DNA from: a virus
Virus record (IMG/VR): IMGVR_UViG_3300042203_000045
Strand: one strand, 5' to 3'
DNA length: 64,000 nucleotides
Part shown: one piece after another, positions 44,984 through 55,505 of the stretch
Numbering within the stretch: position 1 is the first letter of the stretch
Layout: each line of letters opens with the position of its first letter
Translations under genes and position numbers: made by a program
Notes under the pieces: generated by a model
What the model was told of the DNA's origin: nothing
The model's input: the letters and a program-made list of their open reading frames with translations, nothing else
The model's database searches: none

Positions 44984-47833
44984 TTACCGACCCAAAGTTG
45001 AATTAGCCCGCGGCCCCGTCGCACTGCCCGCCGCCGCCGGCCCCGTCACCGAACCCCACACAACGACGATCGCCGTCACGACCAGCCCGACGCCAACCGC
45101 ACCGACAGCGCCCAGCGTTATCGCCGCCGCGCCAGTCGTGAACACATACTCCCCGGAGACGCCAGCGCCCACAGCGCCCAGGTCATCGAGCGCCGCCCCG
45201 CCGCTGCCCTGGATGGACGCACTGCCAAGCGCAGCCAGCGCCAGCCCGTCCAGCGCACCGGCCCCGGCCCCGGCCACCGCCGCGCCGCCCGCGCCATCCG
45301 CAGACAGCGCCGCCAGGTCAACCACCGCGCCGCCCAGAATCGGCAGGTCGCCAACCGCCGCCGCGCCCGCCGCGGCCAGCGCCGCAAGCGTCGCACCGCC
45401 TGCGCCCTGGATGGCAGCCGCCCCGGCTCCACTGCCGGCCAGGTCGCCAAGTGCAGCAGCAGCAGCCCCCGCCACACTCACCGCCCCGGCCCCGGCGGTC
45501 GCACCCAGCGCAGCCAGCGCCCCTGTCAGTGCGCCCCGGACGGCAACCGCCGCGCCGCCTTGGGCCGTCAAGCCGTCAAGCGACGCGCCGCCCGCCCCGT
45601 CCGTGCCCGCCGCCGTCAGCAGCGCCACAGCATCCTCGCCGGCCCAAGGCGGCGTCAGCGTGCGCACCGCGCCGCCGCTGACGTTGCTACCCGCACTCGT
45701 CGCCCCGTCGAGCGTGCGCAGCCAGGTCAGGGCGAACACCCCCGGCAGGCTCGCCAGGTTGACCGTAAAGCTGCCGCTGCCATCCTGGTAGGCCACAAGC
45801 TGCGCCCGCCCGCTTGTTTTCGCCAGGCAGTAGCCCGTAGAGGCGAGCGCCGGTTGCGGCGCAGCGTTCGCCAGGTCAATCTGCGCCGCCACGCTCAGCG
45901 CATAGCCCAGGTTAGCCCGGATGCGCTGATAAGTGGCGCTTGCCCGCGTGTCGTTGCCGTATGTCTCCCCGGCCCATTCGTCCATGTACCAAGGATTGTG
46001 CCCCTGGCAGAGCGCCCGGAAAATCCACTTGTATTCGGCGGTCAACCCGGTGATATGGTCAGTATCGAACGCGCTCACCTTGGCCGTGCTCGCCGCGTCC
46101 GGGGTGTAATCCCCGTTAGGTGACAGCCAGTCAATGGCCGGCGCCGCATACAGGTCGCCATTGTTCCCGCCCGGCCAGCAGACCGTCATGCCGACCGGAT
46201 GCTGTTTGGCCTTGCCCGCCTCATAGCCCTGCACGTAGTCCACCAGCGCCCGCTGCCAGGGCAGGCTGGTCGAATCTTCTTCGTTGGCAATCTCATACAA
46301 CACGTTGTCGAGGTCGTTGAGCGTATCCAGCACCTTGGCGACATACGCCTGCTGGATGGCGTACACCGCCGCATTAGCCGTGCTGCGCGTCTCGTAGCCC
46401 GCCCCGTCGTTGTTGCCGTCCCCGTCGATAGAGTTGACGTTGTTGCCGTCTGCGAACGGGTGGTAAGCCCACGGGTCGAAAGACCCCGCCTTGAGCGCCA
46501 CATGCCAGCCCTGGAACAACTGCACGCAGACATAGACGCCCGCATTGCCCAGCCGGATCACGCGCTCGCGCAGGCGGGCGAAGTAAGCCTCGTTAAACTG
46601 GCTCAGGTCAAACTTGGGCAGCCCGTCGGCGGCGTTGCCCGGCCCCGTGCGCGGCCAGGGATGCGGGGCGAAATACTGCGCAGAATCGCCCCAGTTGCGG
46701 GCGCTCTCCAGGAACCACGCCTTGGTAAAGTTGCAGCCGTGTCCAACCAGCGCCGCCAGGTACTCGTCAAAATCGAGCGGTGTGATCGGGAGGCCGGGCC
46801 AACTATCCTGGATGGACGCCCACGTGTGGAAGCCAGCCAGCACCAGCGGCCCGGCGGCGTTGCGGAAATAGCGCCCGTTGGTTGGGTCAACCGTCAGCAC
46901 GCCGCCTACGCAGGCGCCCGCCAACCCATACCCCGCGCCCGCCGCGGCCAGCGACGCCAGCGCACCGCCGCCCGCGCCCGCCACGCGCACCCCGCCCGCG
47001 CCGCCAGCCGACACCGCACCCAGCGCACCGCCCCCCGCTCCCTGGATGGAGACGACGCCCGCGCCTGCGCTCGCCGCGCCCGCCAGCGTGATGGACGCCG
47101 CACCGCCCGCGGAACCGCCCGCGCTCGCACCCGCGCCGGCGGCAGTCAGCGCGCCCAAGGTTGCAGCCGCCGAACCCGCCGAGCGCACGCCGCCCGTTCC
47201 CGCCGCGGTCAGCCCGCCGAGCGTGACCGCCGCCGCGCCGCTGACGCCCGCCGCGCCCAGGTTGCCGCCCTGCCAATCGTCCATCCAGCTAACAGTGTCC
47301 GCCGGCTCTCCGTAACCGCAGATGCCCGCAGAACCCGCCGCGATGGACGCGTCCGTAATGTTCGTCAGCCCCGCTATGGCAACCCCGTTGCGCTTGACAG
47401 TCAGCGACGAACCCGTCACCTCCAGCCTCAGCACGTCCCCGGCTGCCACCGCCAACCCGTCAACAAACGCCAGGTCAGTCAGGCTGCCCGCCACCAACTT
47501 CGACAGGTAAATCGAGTTAGTGCCAAAGTTGGAACTGGCAAACACACCGTAATACGTGTTAGCCGTCGCGTGGATGCGCACCGCCGGCCCGATCCAGTCG
47601 CAGGCCGCCGCCGCACCCGTGCGCAGCGACACCTTCACCTCCGAGAACTGGTCAGCCCCGAACGCATCTGCGTTCCAGCGCGCCACGGCGTAAGCGTTGG
47701 CATAGTCGCACTGGACATAATCGCCCGCCGCGTTGACCGCAAACGTCCCGGCGTTGACCGTCCAGTTGGCGGAATAGGCAGCCAGCCCGGCGTTCGCCGC
47801 CGCGGTGAAATTGTCACTAGCCGGCAGCGTCAT
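44984..47833 (-). CDS. Fibre-like protein: ConA-like domain, G/A-rich repeats, glycoside hydrolase (DUF4038/DUF6298-like) domain, more repeats
   Basis: FDLSQFNEAYF.RL, NVLYEIANE, DTDH motifs flanked by L..L.A.G.G repeats. Confidence 0.7.
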   Translation of the reverse strand: MTLPASDNFTAAANAGLAAYSANWTVNAGTFAVNAAGDYVQCDYANAYAVARWNADAFGADQFSEVKVSLRTGAAAACDWIGPAVRIHATANTYYGVFASSNFGTNSIYLSKLVAGSLTDLAFVDGLAVAAGDVLRLEVTGSSLTVKRNGVAIAGLTNITDASIAAGSAGICGYGEPADTVSWMDDWQGGNLGAAGVSGAAAVTLGGLTAAGTGGVRSAGSAAATLGALTAAGAGASAGGSAGGAASITLAGAASAGAGVVSIQGAGGGALGAVSAGGAGGVRVAGAGGGALASLAAAGAGYGLAGACVGGVLTVDPTNGRYFRNAAGPLVLAGFHTWASIQDSWPGLPITPLDFDEYLAALVGHGCNFTKAWFLESARNWGDSAQYFAPHPWPRTGPGNAADGLPKFDLSQFNEAYFARLRERVIRLGNAGVYVCVQLFQGWHVALKAGSFDPWAYHPFADGNNVNSIDGDGNNDGAGYETRSTANAAVYAIQQAYVAKVLDTLNDLDNVLYEIANEEDSTSLPWQRALVDYVQGYEAGKAKQHPVGMTVCWPGGNNGDLYAAPAIDWLSPNGDYTPDAASTAKVSAFDTDHITGLTAEYKWIFRALCQGHNPWYMDEWAGETYGNDTRASATYQRIRANLGYALSVAAQIDLANAAPQPALASTGYCLAKTSGRAQLVAYQDGSGSFTVNLASLPGVFALTWLRTLDGATSAGSNVSGGAVRTLTPPWAGEDAVALLTAAGTDGAGGASLDGLTAQGGAAVAVRGALTGALAALGATAGAGAVSVAGAAAAALGDLAGSGAGAAAIQGAGGATLAALAAAGAAAVGDLPILGGAVVDLAALSADGAGGAAVAGAGAGALDGLALAALGSASIQGSGGAALDDLGAVGAGVSGEYVFTTGAAAITLGAVGAVGVGLVVTAIVVVWGSVTGPAAAGSATGPRANSTLGR

Positions 47834-48201
47834 AGCGCCCCTTCCTTCATCAGGTGCGGCATGTAATCCCGCCACACCTGTATAATCTGCTCCGCCTCAA
47901 TTTGACCCGCCAGCAGCGCCCACATAGCCGCCATCGCCGTCGTGCGCACCCCCAACTTCTCCAACCCATTGTTGGCGTAGGTGCCCACTGTGCGCCAGCT
48001 CAGCCCCAGCGCCGCCGCCGTCTCCCGGTACGTCAGCCCCGCGCCCAGCAAAATCAGCACCTCCCGCTCTCGCGGCGCGAGGCTTGCCAGCGGCAGCGGA
48101 GCAACCAGCCCGCGCGCGGCCATGCTCACCAGGGCGTGGGGGCCGACCGCCTCTACACGCAGCTCACCGTCGGCCACCGTCACCAGCGCCGCCTGCATCA
48201 C
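47830..48201 (-). CDS. Stand-alone LuxR-type HTH regulator
   Basis: LAPREREVL.LL..GLT..E.A..LGLS.RTV..Y......KLGV. Confidence 0.85.
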   Translation of the reverse strand: MMQAALVTVADGELRVEAVGPHALVSMAARGLVAPLPLASLAPREREVLILLGAGLTYRETAAALGLSWRTVGTYANNGLEKLGVRTTAMAAMWALLAGQIEAEQIIQVWRDYMPHLMKEGAL

Positions 48202-48518
48202 ATCTCACTCTCTGGCGCAACCAGGTCAACCCGCTGGCGTTCTTCGACAAGCGCCCCCGGCCCTGCCGGGTCCGCGAACACATCGAACACCGTGCGGTCG
48301 TCCGCCGTCCACGCCGAGCAAAACACATACCAACCCGGCGCGTCCACCCGCTCCACGCACGTCACCCGCTCCACAGGCGCGCCCGCCGCTCGCAGCGCCG
48401 TCCACGCCTCATCCGCCGTGAAGTAATCACCAGGCGGCGGGGCAGCCGGGGCCAGCCGTGCGCAGCCGGCCAGGGCCAGGGTCAGGGCCAGCCAGAAAAG
48501 CACGCTACTCCGCTGCAT
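48198..48518 (-). CDS. Lipoprotein
   Basis: Lipobox LAGC after a hydrophobic signal. Confidence 0.65.
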   Translation of the reverse strand: MQRSSVLFWLALTLALAGCARLAPAAPPPGDYFTADEAWTALRAAGAPVERVTCVERVDAPGWYVFCSAWTADDRTVFDVFADPAGPGALVEERQRVDLVAPESEM

Positions 48519-48756
48519 GGCCGGCGCCCTCGACATGGTTGGCGTCCTCGACATGGTTGGCGTCCTGCGCGGACTCAGGCGGCGTCATCTCGACAAAAGC
48601 CATCTGCTGCGCATCGAAGCGCCAGCCAGGGGGAACAGCCAGCGTCTCGCCCGCCGTCGCCACCGTGACATTGATAGCCGTCTGCAATTCATCCTGCCGC
48701 CTGCGATATTCCGCCAGCCGTTCGCTCGTCGATTGGGGTAAAGCAATAACGTTCAT
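48505..48756 (-). CDS. Hypothetical protein
   Basis: 83 aa; contains an 18-bp tandem duplication (DANHVE x2). Confidence 0.55.
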   Translation of the reverse strand: MNVIALPQSTSERLAEYRRRQDELQTAINVTVATAGETLAVPPGWRFDAQQMAFVEMTPPESAQDANHVEDANHVEGAGHAAE

Positions 48757-48761
48757 CGTGC

Positions 48762-49190
48762 CTATTCCTCCGGTGTTGGGATAGTTGGGATAGCCGTCAA
48801 CTCAGTCAGCAGCGCCGCCATGTGCGTCTGGATGGCAGCAAAAGCGCCCGCCTCGTCCGCCGCCCACTGGTCAGGCGTCAGCGTCCATGTGGGGCGCAGC
48901 AGCATTTGCTGAACCAGGTACTTCATGGCCGTGCTGGAAGCCGCCTGCGCAGTCACCGGAATCAGCGACGGCGCTTGCAGATTGATGCCCTGCTCCGCCA
49001 GAATCTGGTTGGCAATCAGCCCCACCTTGTCGGCAAACGCCACCGCCACCGGATCGCCCGCCTGCGTGCCCTTGATCACCATACTCTGCTTGAGCATCGC
49101 CGCGGCGATAGGCAGCAGCGCCGCCGCCACCTCGTTGAGAAACTGCACATTCTTTTCAAAGCAAGCCATCTGTCTTTGCGACAACGCCAT
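48762..49190 (-). CDS. Hypothetical protein (possible fibre-associated protein)
   Basis: GGAGG RBS directly after the tail fibre. Confidence 0.65.
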   Translation of the reverse strand: MALSQRQMACFEKNVQFLNEVAAALLPIAAAMLKQSMVIKGTQAGDPVAVAFADKVGLIANQILAEQGINLQAPSLIPVTAQAASSTAMKYLVQQMLLRPTWTLTPDQWAADEAGAFAAIQTHMAALLTELTAIPTIPTPEE

Positions 49191-49200
49191 ACGATCCTCC

Positions 49201-52200
49201 CTAGTCGATTACATCATTCCAGTTTGTTGAGTACTGCCAGACCGGCGCGCCGGTCGTGTTCAAATCCATCCAGCGGTATTTCACCGTGCCATTGTCGTTG
49301 TAGGCGATCACGTACCGCCTGTTGCTCGTACTGTGCAGTACGACAAACATAGCCACGCCGTTGTTGGCGACCGTCGGCGCGCTGCCGCTCCCCTGCGCAG
49401 CCAGGTAGTGCAGCCCGCCCACAACCGAATTGCCGCGGATGTACGCCGCCCCGTTCACATCGAACGAGTAGCCGGAAGTTGGGGCAGCACCGACGCCCAC
49501 CGCGCCGGTGAAAGTCGCGCCAGCCAGGGGCGCGTAGGCCGCGTGCGTGTGAGTGGAGGCCGCGTAATCGTGCGTGTGAGTGGCCGCCGCGAACGCCGGC
49601 AGGTTGCCTTCGTGGTAGACCTTGTACCAGCCGTAAACGGATTCGATGATAATTTCCGGCGTGTTGCTGTTGGTCGAACGCAGATGCAGCGCAGGCGAAC
49701 GGTCACGCGGGGCCATGCTGGCGTCTTGCAGCAGATAGGCGTCCCCGGCGAACAAATCCAGCACGCGGCCCGTCTCGCCGGCGGCGTCTTCATACCAGGA
49801 TATGCGGCTCTCCTGTCCGATGGGCGTAAACTCCCACATGCCGCTGTAGGTCAGCCCCAGCCCTGACCGCGCCAGCGCCACCTGCCCGGCGCCCGCCAGG
49901 ATGCGCCCGTTTGTGCTGCTGGCATACCACTGCTCCACCCCGTAAGCGTCAATCCCACGCAGCTTGCCGCCCGCATAGCCAAGCTGAGCGTTGCCCAGCC
50001 CGCCGAAGCGCATCTCCGCCGCACCGAGGCCGTCCACCCCCATGAACATATCGAAGCCGCCCGTCGGCCCGCCCGTGTAGTGGCCGATGTAGCTGCCCAC
50101 CACGTACATACCGGGCGGCGCGTTTCGCAACTGGAGGGCCGCCACCGTATCGTCCAGGAAGGGGAAATCCTGATTGTCTGCGCCCGGCTGCCCCTGAATC
50201 AGCGACCACGTGTAGGCCGCCGGGTTCGTGCTGTCAGCCGCCGTAAAATCGACGTACTGACCCAGCCAGCCGCCCGGCGTCTCCCCGTCCGCCGCCGTGA
50301 AGCTTGCGCCGCCGTCGTTGCTGTATTTGATGTGCAAATACGACGTTTGCCCGTTCGCCCCGTTCGCACCCGCAATACCCTGCGTGCCCTGCGGCCCCTG
50401 ACTGCCCACGAACTGCCGCCACGTGTACGCCGCCGGACTGCTGCTGTCCGCCGGGTTGCTGTCTACATAGGTGCCGATGTACGCGCCGCTCGACTGGTTG
50501 AAACCAACCGTCCCGTCTGCGCTGTTGGCGTAAGCCACATGGAAATACTGCGACACGCCGTTAGCCCCCGGCGCGCCCGGCGTCCCTGCGCTGCCCTGCG
50601 GCCCCGTGGCGCCCGTCGGCCCCGTGTCGCCAGTGATGCGCACCGCCGCAGACCAGGAGCCAACCAGGACGCCCGCCGCGGTCTGCGTCGCCTTGCTCAT
50701 CCACAGGATCGCCGTGCCCGCCGGCGGCGCATCGTACCAGCCCGCGGGGATTCCGTTCCCCGTCGGCGTGGCCGGCTGGAGGGCCGCACGGGCAAAGACA
50801 TACTGCACGAAATTCCCGGCGTCCCCGGTTGACCCCGGCTCACCCACGATGCGCACCGCCGCAGACCAGGTGGCCCCGCCGTCCGTGCTCTGGCGCATGT
50901 AGATGTCGCCGGGGACAAACGCACCATGCCAGAGCGTGGAGCCATTCACGCTGTACTGCACCTGCACCGACTGCCCAGCCGGCCCGGTTGCTCCTGTCGG
51001 CCCCGTTGCGCCCGTCGGCCCGGTCGGCCCTGTCGCGCCCTGGTCAGCCAGCATGTTCCACACCGCACCGACGCCCGGCGCGTTGCCCGCCGCCGCCGTG
51101 TGCGCCGTGTTGGCAATGTAGCTGCGTCCGCCGTGGCCCACCGCGTCCTGCTTGGCATAGGCCGTCCCGCTCACCCACGCCCCGCGCCAGCGCATACTCT
51201 CCACTGGCGAGCCGTCGATAAGATAGATGTAGCCGCGGAACACCATCGCCCCGGCGCTGTCGTCCCACATGACATAACTGCCCCGGTTGGCGTCCCCCAT
51301 CAGGATGTCGCTGGATGACAGCGAGACGCCGCCCCATGTCTTCGTAGCCCCGGCGTTGAGGTCGTCGCCAGCGTAGGCCCCGAACATCGGCTGGCCGGCG
51401 GCGTTGAGCATCCACATGCCCTCGGCGTCGGCCCAGAAGCGGTTGCGGCCCGCCCGCCAGTGCCAGGTGCTGGACTCAGCGAACACCGGCGCATTGCTGT
51501 CATAGATAGCCCGGATTTCGTCGGCGGCCACCGCCCTGTCCGCCAGGACGAGATCGTCAATCATCCCGTTGATCTGCGCCGTCGCCCCGTTGCATCCGAC
51601 ATTCATCAGCGCCGGCATACCCGCAAAGCCGCTGGAAGCGCCGCTTGCCGACAGCGCCCCGTTGATGTACAGCCTCAGCGTCGCCCCGTCATAGGTGGCC
51701 GCCACGTGCGTCCAAGCGCCCGCCGCCACCATGCCGCCGTTGACGAAGTTCGTCCCGGCGTAGCCCTGCAACTGCCCGCTCGACAGGCGCAGGATAATGT
51801 AGCTGCCGCCCGTGCCGTTGATCTGTAGGATCGTCTGGGCGCCCGCAACGATGCCCGCCGGTCGCACCCAGGCCATGACAGACCAGCGCGCCGCCGAAAT
51901 GTTGCCGCTCGTCGGGTAATAGAGAGCGCCCGCCGTGCGCACACTGGTTGACGCGTGCGCCGTCCCGTTCCAGGCGTGCCCGCTGCCGTCCCACAAGCCC
52001 GCCGCCGAATAGCCGCCAAGCGAGCCATCCAGGTAGGGCGTAGCCGACGCGCCCGCCTCGCACTGCACCGCGTCCCAAATGACGTAGCCCTGCGGCGCAT
52101 ACAGCCTTATCTGGATGGTGTGCGACCCCGCCGTCGCCGTCGTCGTCACCGTCACCACGTCCCGCACCCACTCATCAGCCGACGCCGTGAGGGTCGTGGT

Positions 52201-53502
52201 TTGCAGCGTGCTTACGTTGTCTAGGTCGTAAGCCGTCAGCCCGCGGCTGCCGAACGCCGCGCCGCTGAAGCTGACCACGCGCCGCCACGCGCTGATCGTG
52301 TAGGCCGTGGACGCCGCCAGCCCGGTGACGTTGAACGACATGTAGTCATTCTCGCCCGCCACCGTGTTGGACAGGCGCAGCGAGCGCGCCCCCGTGTGAT
52401 AGTAGCCATAGGTGTTTGTGACAGCGGGCGCGGCCGCGCTGGCGTTGGCGTCAACCCACGTCCATCCAGCCGTGCCCGTCTCGAATGACGGGTTTGTCAC
52501 CAGGTTCGTGGCCGCCTGTGCAATCTGGATGGCCTTGCCGAACTTGCCGCCGCGGTAGACGATACCGCCGCTCGCCTGTGGCGGCTGACCCAGGTGTCCG
52601 ATGGCCGTGCCCTGGTAATTCAGTTCAAACGGCTCCGGCCCGTCGAAGTGCAGCAGCATCTTCGCACCCGCCAACTGGATGGCGTGCTTGCCCACGATCC
52701 AGCCGCGCACCAGCAGGTTGTCGTCGATGTCCAGGCCGAATTGTTCGTCAAGCGTCCAGCTTGGGCCGGGATTGATGACAACGTGCGCGTGCGGATAATC
52801 GTGCGTGTGATTCAGCACACGGAAGCCCGACGCCGCCGCCAGCAGGTCGCCGCCAAAGTTGCCCGCCGCCGCGGCCAGACTGCCGGCGCTCGTCATGCTC
52901 CAGGCAGACCCGCGCACCGTCTGCGCAAAGCGCACCTCTTTCGACCCCTCGAAGCGCAGGTAGGACGCATCCTCATACAGCGTATCCGCGCCCAGGTCAA
53001 GCGTCCCCAGAAAGCCAGACGCAGCGTAGATATTGACCAGCGCAAGTTCGCCCGCCGCGTTTGACTTCAGCACCGCCTCTTTCGTCGCGCCCATCACGTC
53101 CGAGAGCGGCGTCAGTAGCCCCGGCGTGTTAGCCTCGCTTGCCCCCACGATCCCCCACTTAGCGCTTACAAGGCTGTGGTCAAACTGGCTAAGCAGGTTG
53201 TGTTGCCGCGCATGGTGCGCGTCGCCGTCCAACACATGCGCCGACAGGTCAACCCCGTCGATTGTCACGCCGTCCGCTGTCGCCAAGTTGCCCGCCAGGT
53301 CGCGCGAGCCGTCCAGCATCAGGAATTGCGGCGCCTGCGCATCGCGCAGCAGGCCGTTATGCAGGCCGCCGCCGATGTCGTGCTCACCGATGGTCACGTT
53401 AGCCGTGCCGCCGCTCGCCCGGCTGGAAGCCGCCACCGCCTGCTGCACGCGTGGGGCAATGTAGGGCCACAACTCATTAGCCAACTGCGTTTTCGTCTGC
53501 AT
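49201..53502 (-). CDS. Tail fibre / receptor-binding protein
   Basis: CBM-like NLVTNPSFE domain, LamG domain, collagen GXY repeats, HVAYANSADG repeats, HTH metal-binding motifs. Confidence 0.85.
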   Translation of the reverse strand: MQTKTQLANELWPYIAPRVQQAVAASSRASGGTANVTIGEHDIGGGLHNGLLRDAQAPQFLMLDGSRDLAGNLATADGVTIDGVDLSAHVLDGDAHHARQHNLLSQFDHSLVSAKWGIVGASEANTPGLLTPLSDVMGATKEAVLKSNAAGELALVNIYAASGFLGTLDLGADTLYEDASYLRFEGSKEVRFAQTVRGSAWSMTSAGSLAAAAGNFGGDLLAAASGFRVLNHTHDYPHAHVVINPGPSWTLDEQFGLDIDDNLLVRGWIVGKHAIQLAGAKMLLHFDGPEPFELNYQGTAIGHLGQPPQASGGIVYRGGKFGKAIQIAQAATNLVTNPSFETGTAGWTWVDANASAAAPAVTNTYGYYHTGARSLRLSNTVAGENDYMSFNVTGLAASTAYTISAWRRVVSFSGAAFGSRGLTAYDLDNVSTLQTTTLTASADEWVRDVVTVTTTATAGSHTIQIRLYAPQGYVIWDAVQCEAGASATPYLDGSLGGYSAAGLWDGSGHAWNGTAHASTSVRTAGALYYPTSGNISAARWSVMAWVRPAGIVAGAQTILQINGTGGSYIILRLSSGQLQGYAGTNFVNGGMVAAGAWTHVAATYDGATLRLYINGALSASGASSGFAGMPALMNVGCNGATAQINGMIDDLVLADRAVAADEIRAIYDSNAPVFAESSTWHWRAGRNRFWADAEGMWMLNAAGQPMFGAYAGDDLNAGATKTWGGVSLSSSDILMGDANRGSYVMWDDSAGAMVFRGYIYLIDGSPVESMRWRGAWVSGTAYAKQDAVGHGGRSYIANTAHTAAAGNAPGVGAVWNMLADQGATGPTGPTGATGPTGATGPAGQSVQVQYSVNGSTLWHGAFVPGDIYMRQSTDGGATWSAAVRIVGEPGSTGDAGNFVQYVFARAALQPATPTGNGIPAGWYDAPPAGTAILWMSKATQTAAGVLVGSWSAAVRITGDTGPTGATGPQGSAGTPGAPGANGVSQYFHVAYANSADGTVGFNQSSGAYIGTYVDSNPADSSSPAAYTWRQFVGSQGPQGTQGIAGANGANGQTSYLHIKYSNDGGASFTAADGETPGGWLGQYVDFTAADSTNPAAYTWSLIQGQPGADNQDFPFLDDTVAALQLRNAPPGMYVVGSYIGHYTGGPTGGFDMFMGVDGLGAAEMRFGGLGNAQLGYAGGKLRGIDAYGVEQWYASSTNGRILAGAGQVALARSGLGLTYSGMWEFTPIGQESRISWYEDAAGETGRVLDLFAGDAYLLQDASMAPRDRSPALHLRSTNSNTPEIIIESVYGWYKVYHEGNLPAFAAATHTHDYAASTHTHAAYAPLAGATFTGAVGVGAAPTSGYSFDVNGAAYIRGNSVVGGLHYLAAQGSGSAPTVANNGVAMFVVLHSTSNRRYVIAYNDNGTVKYRWMDLNTTGAPVWQYSTNWNDVID

Positions 53503-55505
53503 CAGCCCGCCTGCACCTTCAACATGTCCGCCAGTGTGCGCTTGCCGCCAAATGATATAGTCCAACTGTTCGCCCGCGGGTCATAGGTCGCTTCGTCCAC
53601 AAAAGCCGGCGACAGCCCGCCGATGGCCGCCAGGTCGCTGTCGATGTCGGCCAGTTCCACCCACAACCCCGCCGGCAGGATGCCCGCCGGCCACGGTGAG
53701 CCGGCCGCGTCGTACAACTGCACGCGCCCGCCCACGCTGCGCACGATGGGCATGTTGGCGACGTTGGCGACCGGCTGCTCATACAGGCGCAGGGCGAAAG
53801 CCGGCGACACGTCAACCAGCACACGGCGGCCAGTGCTGGAGCCTGCCGCAAGAAGCCGCTCCAGTTCGTCGCCTGCCCAGGCCCGTGCATCCATCGTCGG
53901 GAAGCCCTTGATGCCGCTCACGAACCCCGTCTGCACGGTCAGCGGCGCGCCCACCGTAGCCGACAGCAGCGTCTCCGCCAGAACGCCCGTATCTTCGACC
54001 GCCCACAGGCGGAAGCGCAGGAACCAGCCCGGCGCGTGCGCAGCCCAGGCGCTGCCCGTCCACATGTAGCAGGTGATGTAGGCGTCCGGCGTCATGCCCA
54101 GGCGGAAATAGTTGGACGCACTCAGCGAGCCGGAGCGCCGCACCTGTATCCAGTAGTAGCCGCCCGCGCTCAGCGTCACCTCCGACGCCAGCGTAACCCA
54201 CACCGCCGTTAGCTCGTCAGTCAGCAGCGAGCCTGCCAGTGAACCGGACGCCAGCAGCGCACCCGGCGCGCCCGCGCTGTCCGCCAGGATGCGCACCTCC
54301 AGGTTGTCGGTTGGCGTCCCTGCACGGCTGGCCTCTATCATCACGCGGTCGGTGCGCATCGTCGTGGCGGGCGAAAACCGCTGCGCCACCTGCTGCCCGT
54401 GATGCGTGATCGTCGGCGTCGCCGCGCCCGGCGCTTCCGTCGCGTCCGTCTCAACGACCGCCACCTTTTGCGCCTGGTACAGCCCGATGGTTGGCCCCGT
54501 CGTCTCCGACGCAATCGTCCCGCTGATAGAAGCCGACGTGCGCAAGTGGTCGCCGCCCGCCGATCCTATCCAGTGCCACCGGCTGTTAGCCGCGCTGCCT
54601 GTCACCAGCATCCAGTGATCGGACTTCATCAGCCCCATGCCGTCCGCCGTGTCGAAAATATCGTCAGTCGGCTGGAAGTAAATCGTATTGTTGGCGTAGC
54701 TCTCCACATCCTCGTTGGTCGCCGCGGCAACCGTAAACGTCTTATTATTGCCCGCGCTGCCCGTGACCGTGAGGCGCATCCCCGCCGCCATGTCGGTGAA
54801 CCGCCCCCAGGCGTCATGGATGGCATGGTCGCCAAACCCCACCTGGTTGGACGCCACTACACCCCAGCCGATAGGCTGGATGCGAATATCGCCCGTCGTG
54901 TGCTCAAGGCGTCCGTCCGTGCGCAGGTAATAGCGCCGGTTGACCTGCGCGTACGCGCCGCGGCAGCGCAGAGTGGCCGTCGCCTCATCCGTCCCGCTTA
55001 GCGCCTGTCCCATCTGCGGGTAAGCGCCCTCGCTCAGCAGCCGGTCGCGGTAGGCCGTCGCCATCGCCGTGCTCGCCTGCCCAAGCGAATCGACAATCTC
55101 GCACACCCCATAGCGCGCCTGGCTGGTCGTGTTCTCGGCCCAAGCGGTCGTGAGCGATTCTTCGACCGCGCCCTCCAGTGACGTGTAGGCGACGGCGACG
55201 CGGTTATGCAGGCCATCCAGCGACGCCTTGACCTCGACGCCGCCAAGCGTCAGCGACACCTCATGCACGTATCCCCACCATGCCGGCCCGCCCGTCGGCG
55301 TCGTGATGGTCAGCCGGTAGCCCAGCCAGTTAAGCAGCACGTTCTTCAGTTCCGCCCGGCTGCCGGTCGCCTTGACCTCCGCCGTCTTCGGCCCGCCAAG
55401 CGCCGCGCCCGTCCACGGCTGCGGCGTGAGCGTGAGCGTCGGCGGAATGACGATCCCGGCGTTGGTGTGGTCGAAGACTTCGACGCCAAAATTAAACATT
55501 GTCAT
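53502..55505 (-). CDS. Minor tail / baseplate hub protein
   Basis: Between Dit and fibre; WWGYV, S.ARYG motifs. Confidence 0.7.
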   Translation of the reverse strand: MTMFNFGVEVFDHTNAGIVIPPTLTLTPQPWTGAALGGPKTAEVKATGSRAELKNVLLNWLGYRLTITTPTGGPAWWGYVHEVSLTLGGVEVKASLDGLHNRVAVAYTSLEGAVEESLTTAWAENTTSQARYGVCEIVDSLGQASTAMATAYRDRLLSEGAYPQMGQALSGTDEATATLRCRGAYAQVNRRYYLRTDGRLEHTTGDIRIQPIGWGVVASNQVGFGDHAIHDAWGRFTDMAAGMRLTVTGSAGNNKTFTVAAATNEDVESYANNTIYFQPTDDIFDTADGMGLMKSDHWMLVTGSAANSRWHWIGSAGGDHLRTSASISGTIASETTGPTIGLYQAQKVAVVETDATEAPGAATPTITHHGQQVAQRFSPATTMRTDRVMIEASRAGTPTDNLEVRILADSAGAPGALLASGSLAGSLLTDELTAVWVTLASEVTLSAGGYYWIQVRRSGSLSASNYFRLGMTPDAYITCYMWTGSAWAAHAPGWFLRFRLWAVEDTGVLAETLLSATVGAPLTVQTGFVSGIKGFPTMDARAWAGDELERLLAAGSSTGRRVLVDVSPAFALRLYEQPVANVANMPIVRSVGGRVQLYDAAGSPWPAGILPAGLWVELADIDSDLAAIGGLSPAFVDEATYDPRANSWTISFGGKRTLADMLKVQAG

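Noticed and set aside
48531..48566. 18-bp tandem duplication
   Set aside because: In-frame slippage duplication with no evident function
50350..51045. GC-rich 9-bp periodicity
   Set aside because: Collagen GXY codons in the tail fibre
39499..53502. DGR or invertase-driven tail-fibre switching
   Set aside because: No reverse transcriptase, no adenine-variant TR/VR pair and no small invertase seen; both fibre ORFs are in the same orientation
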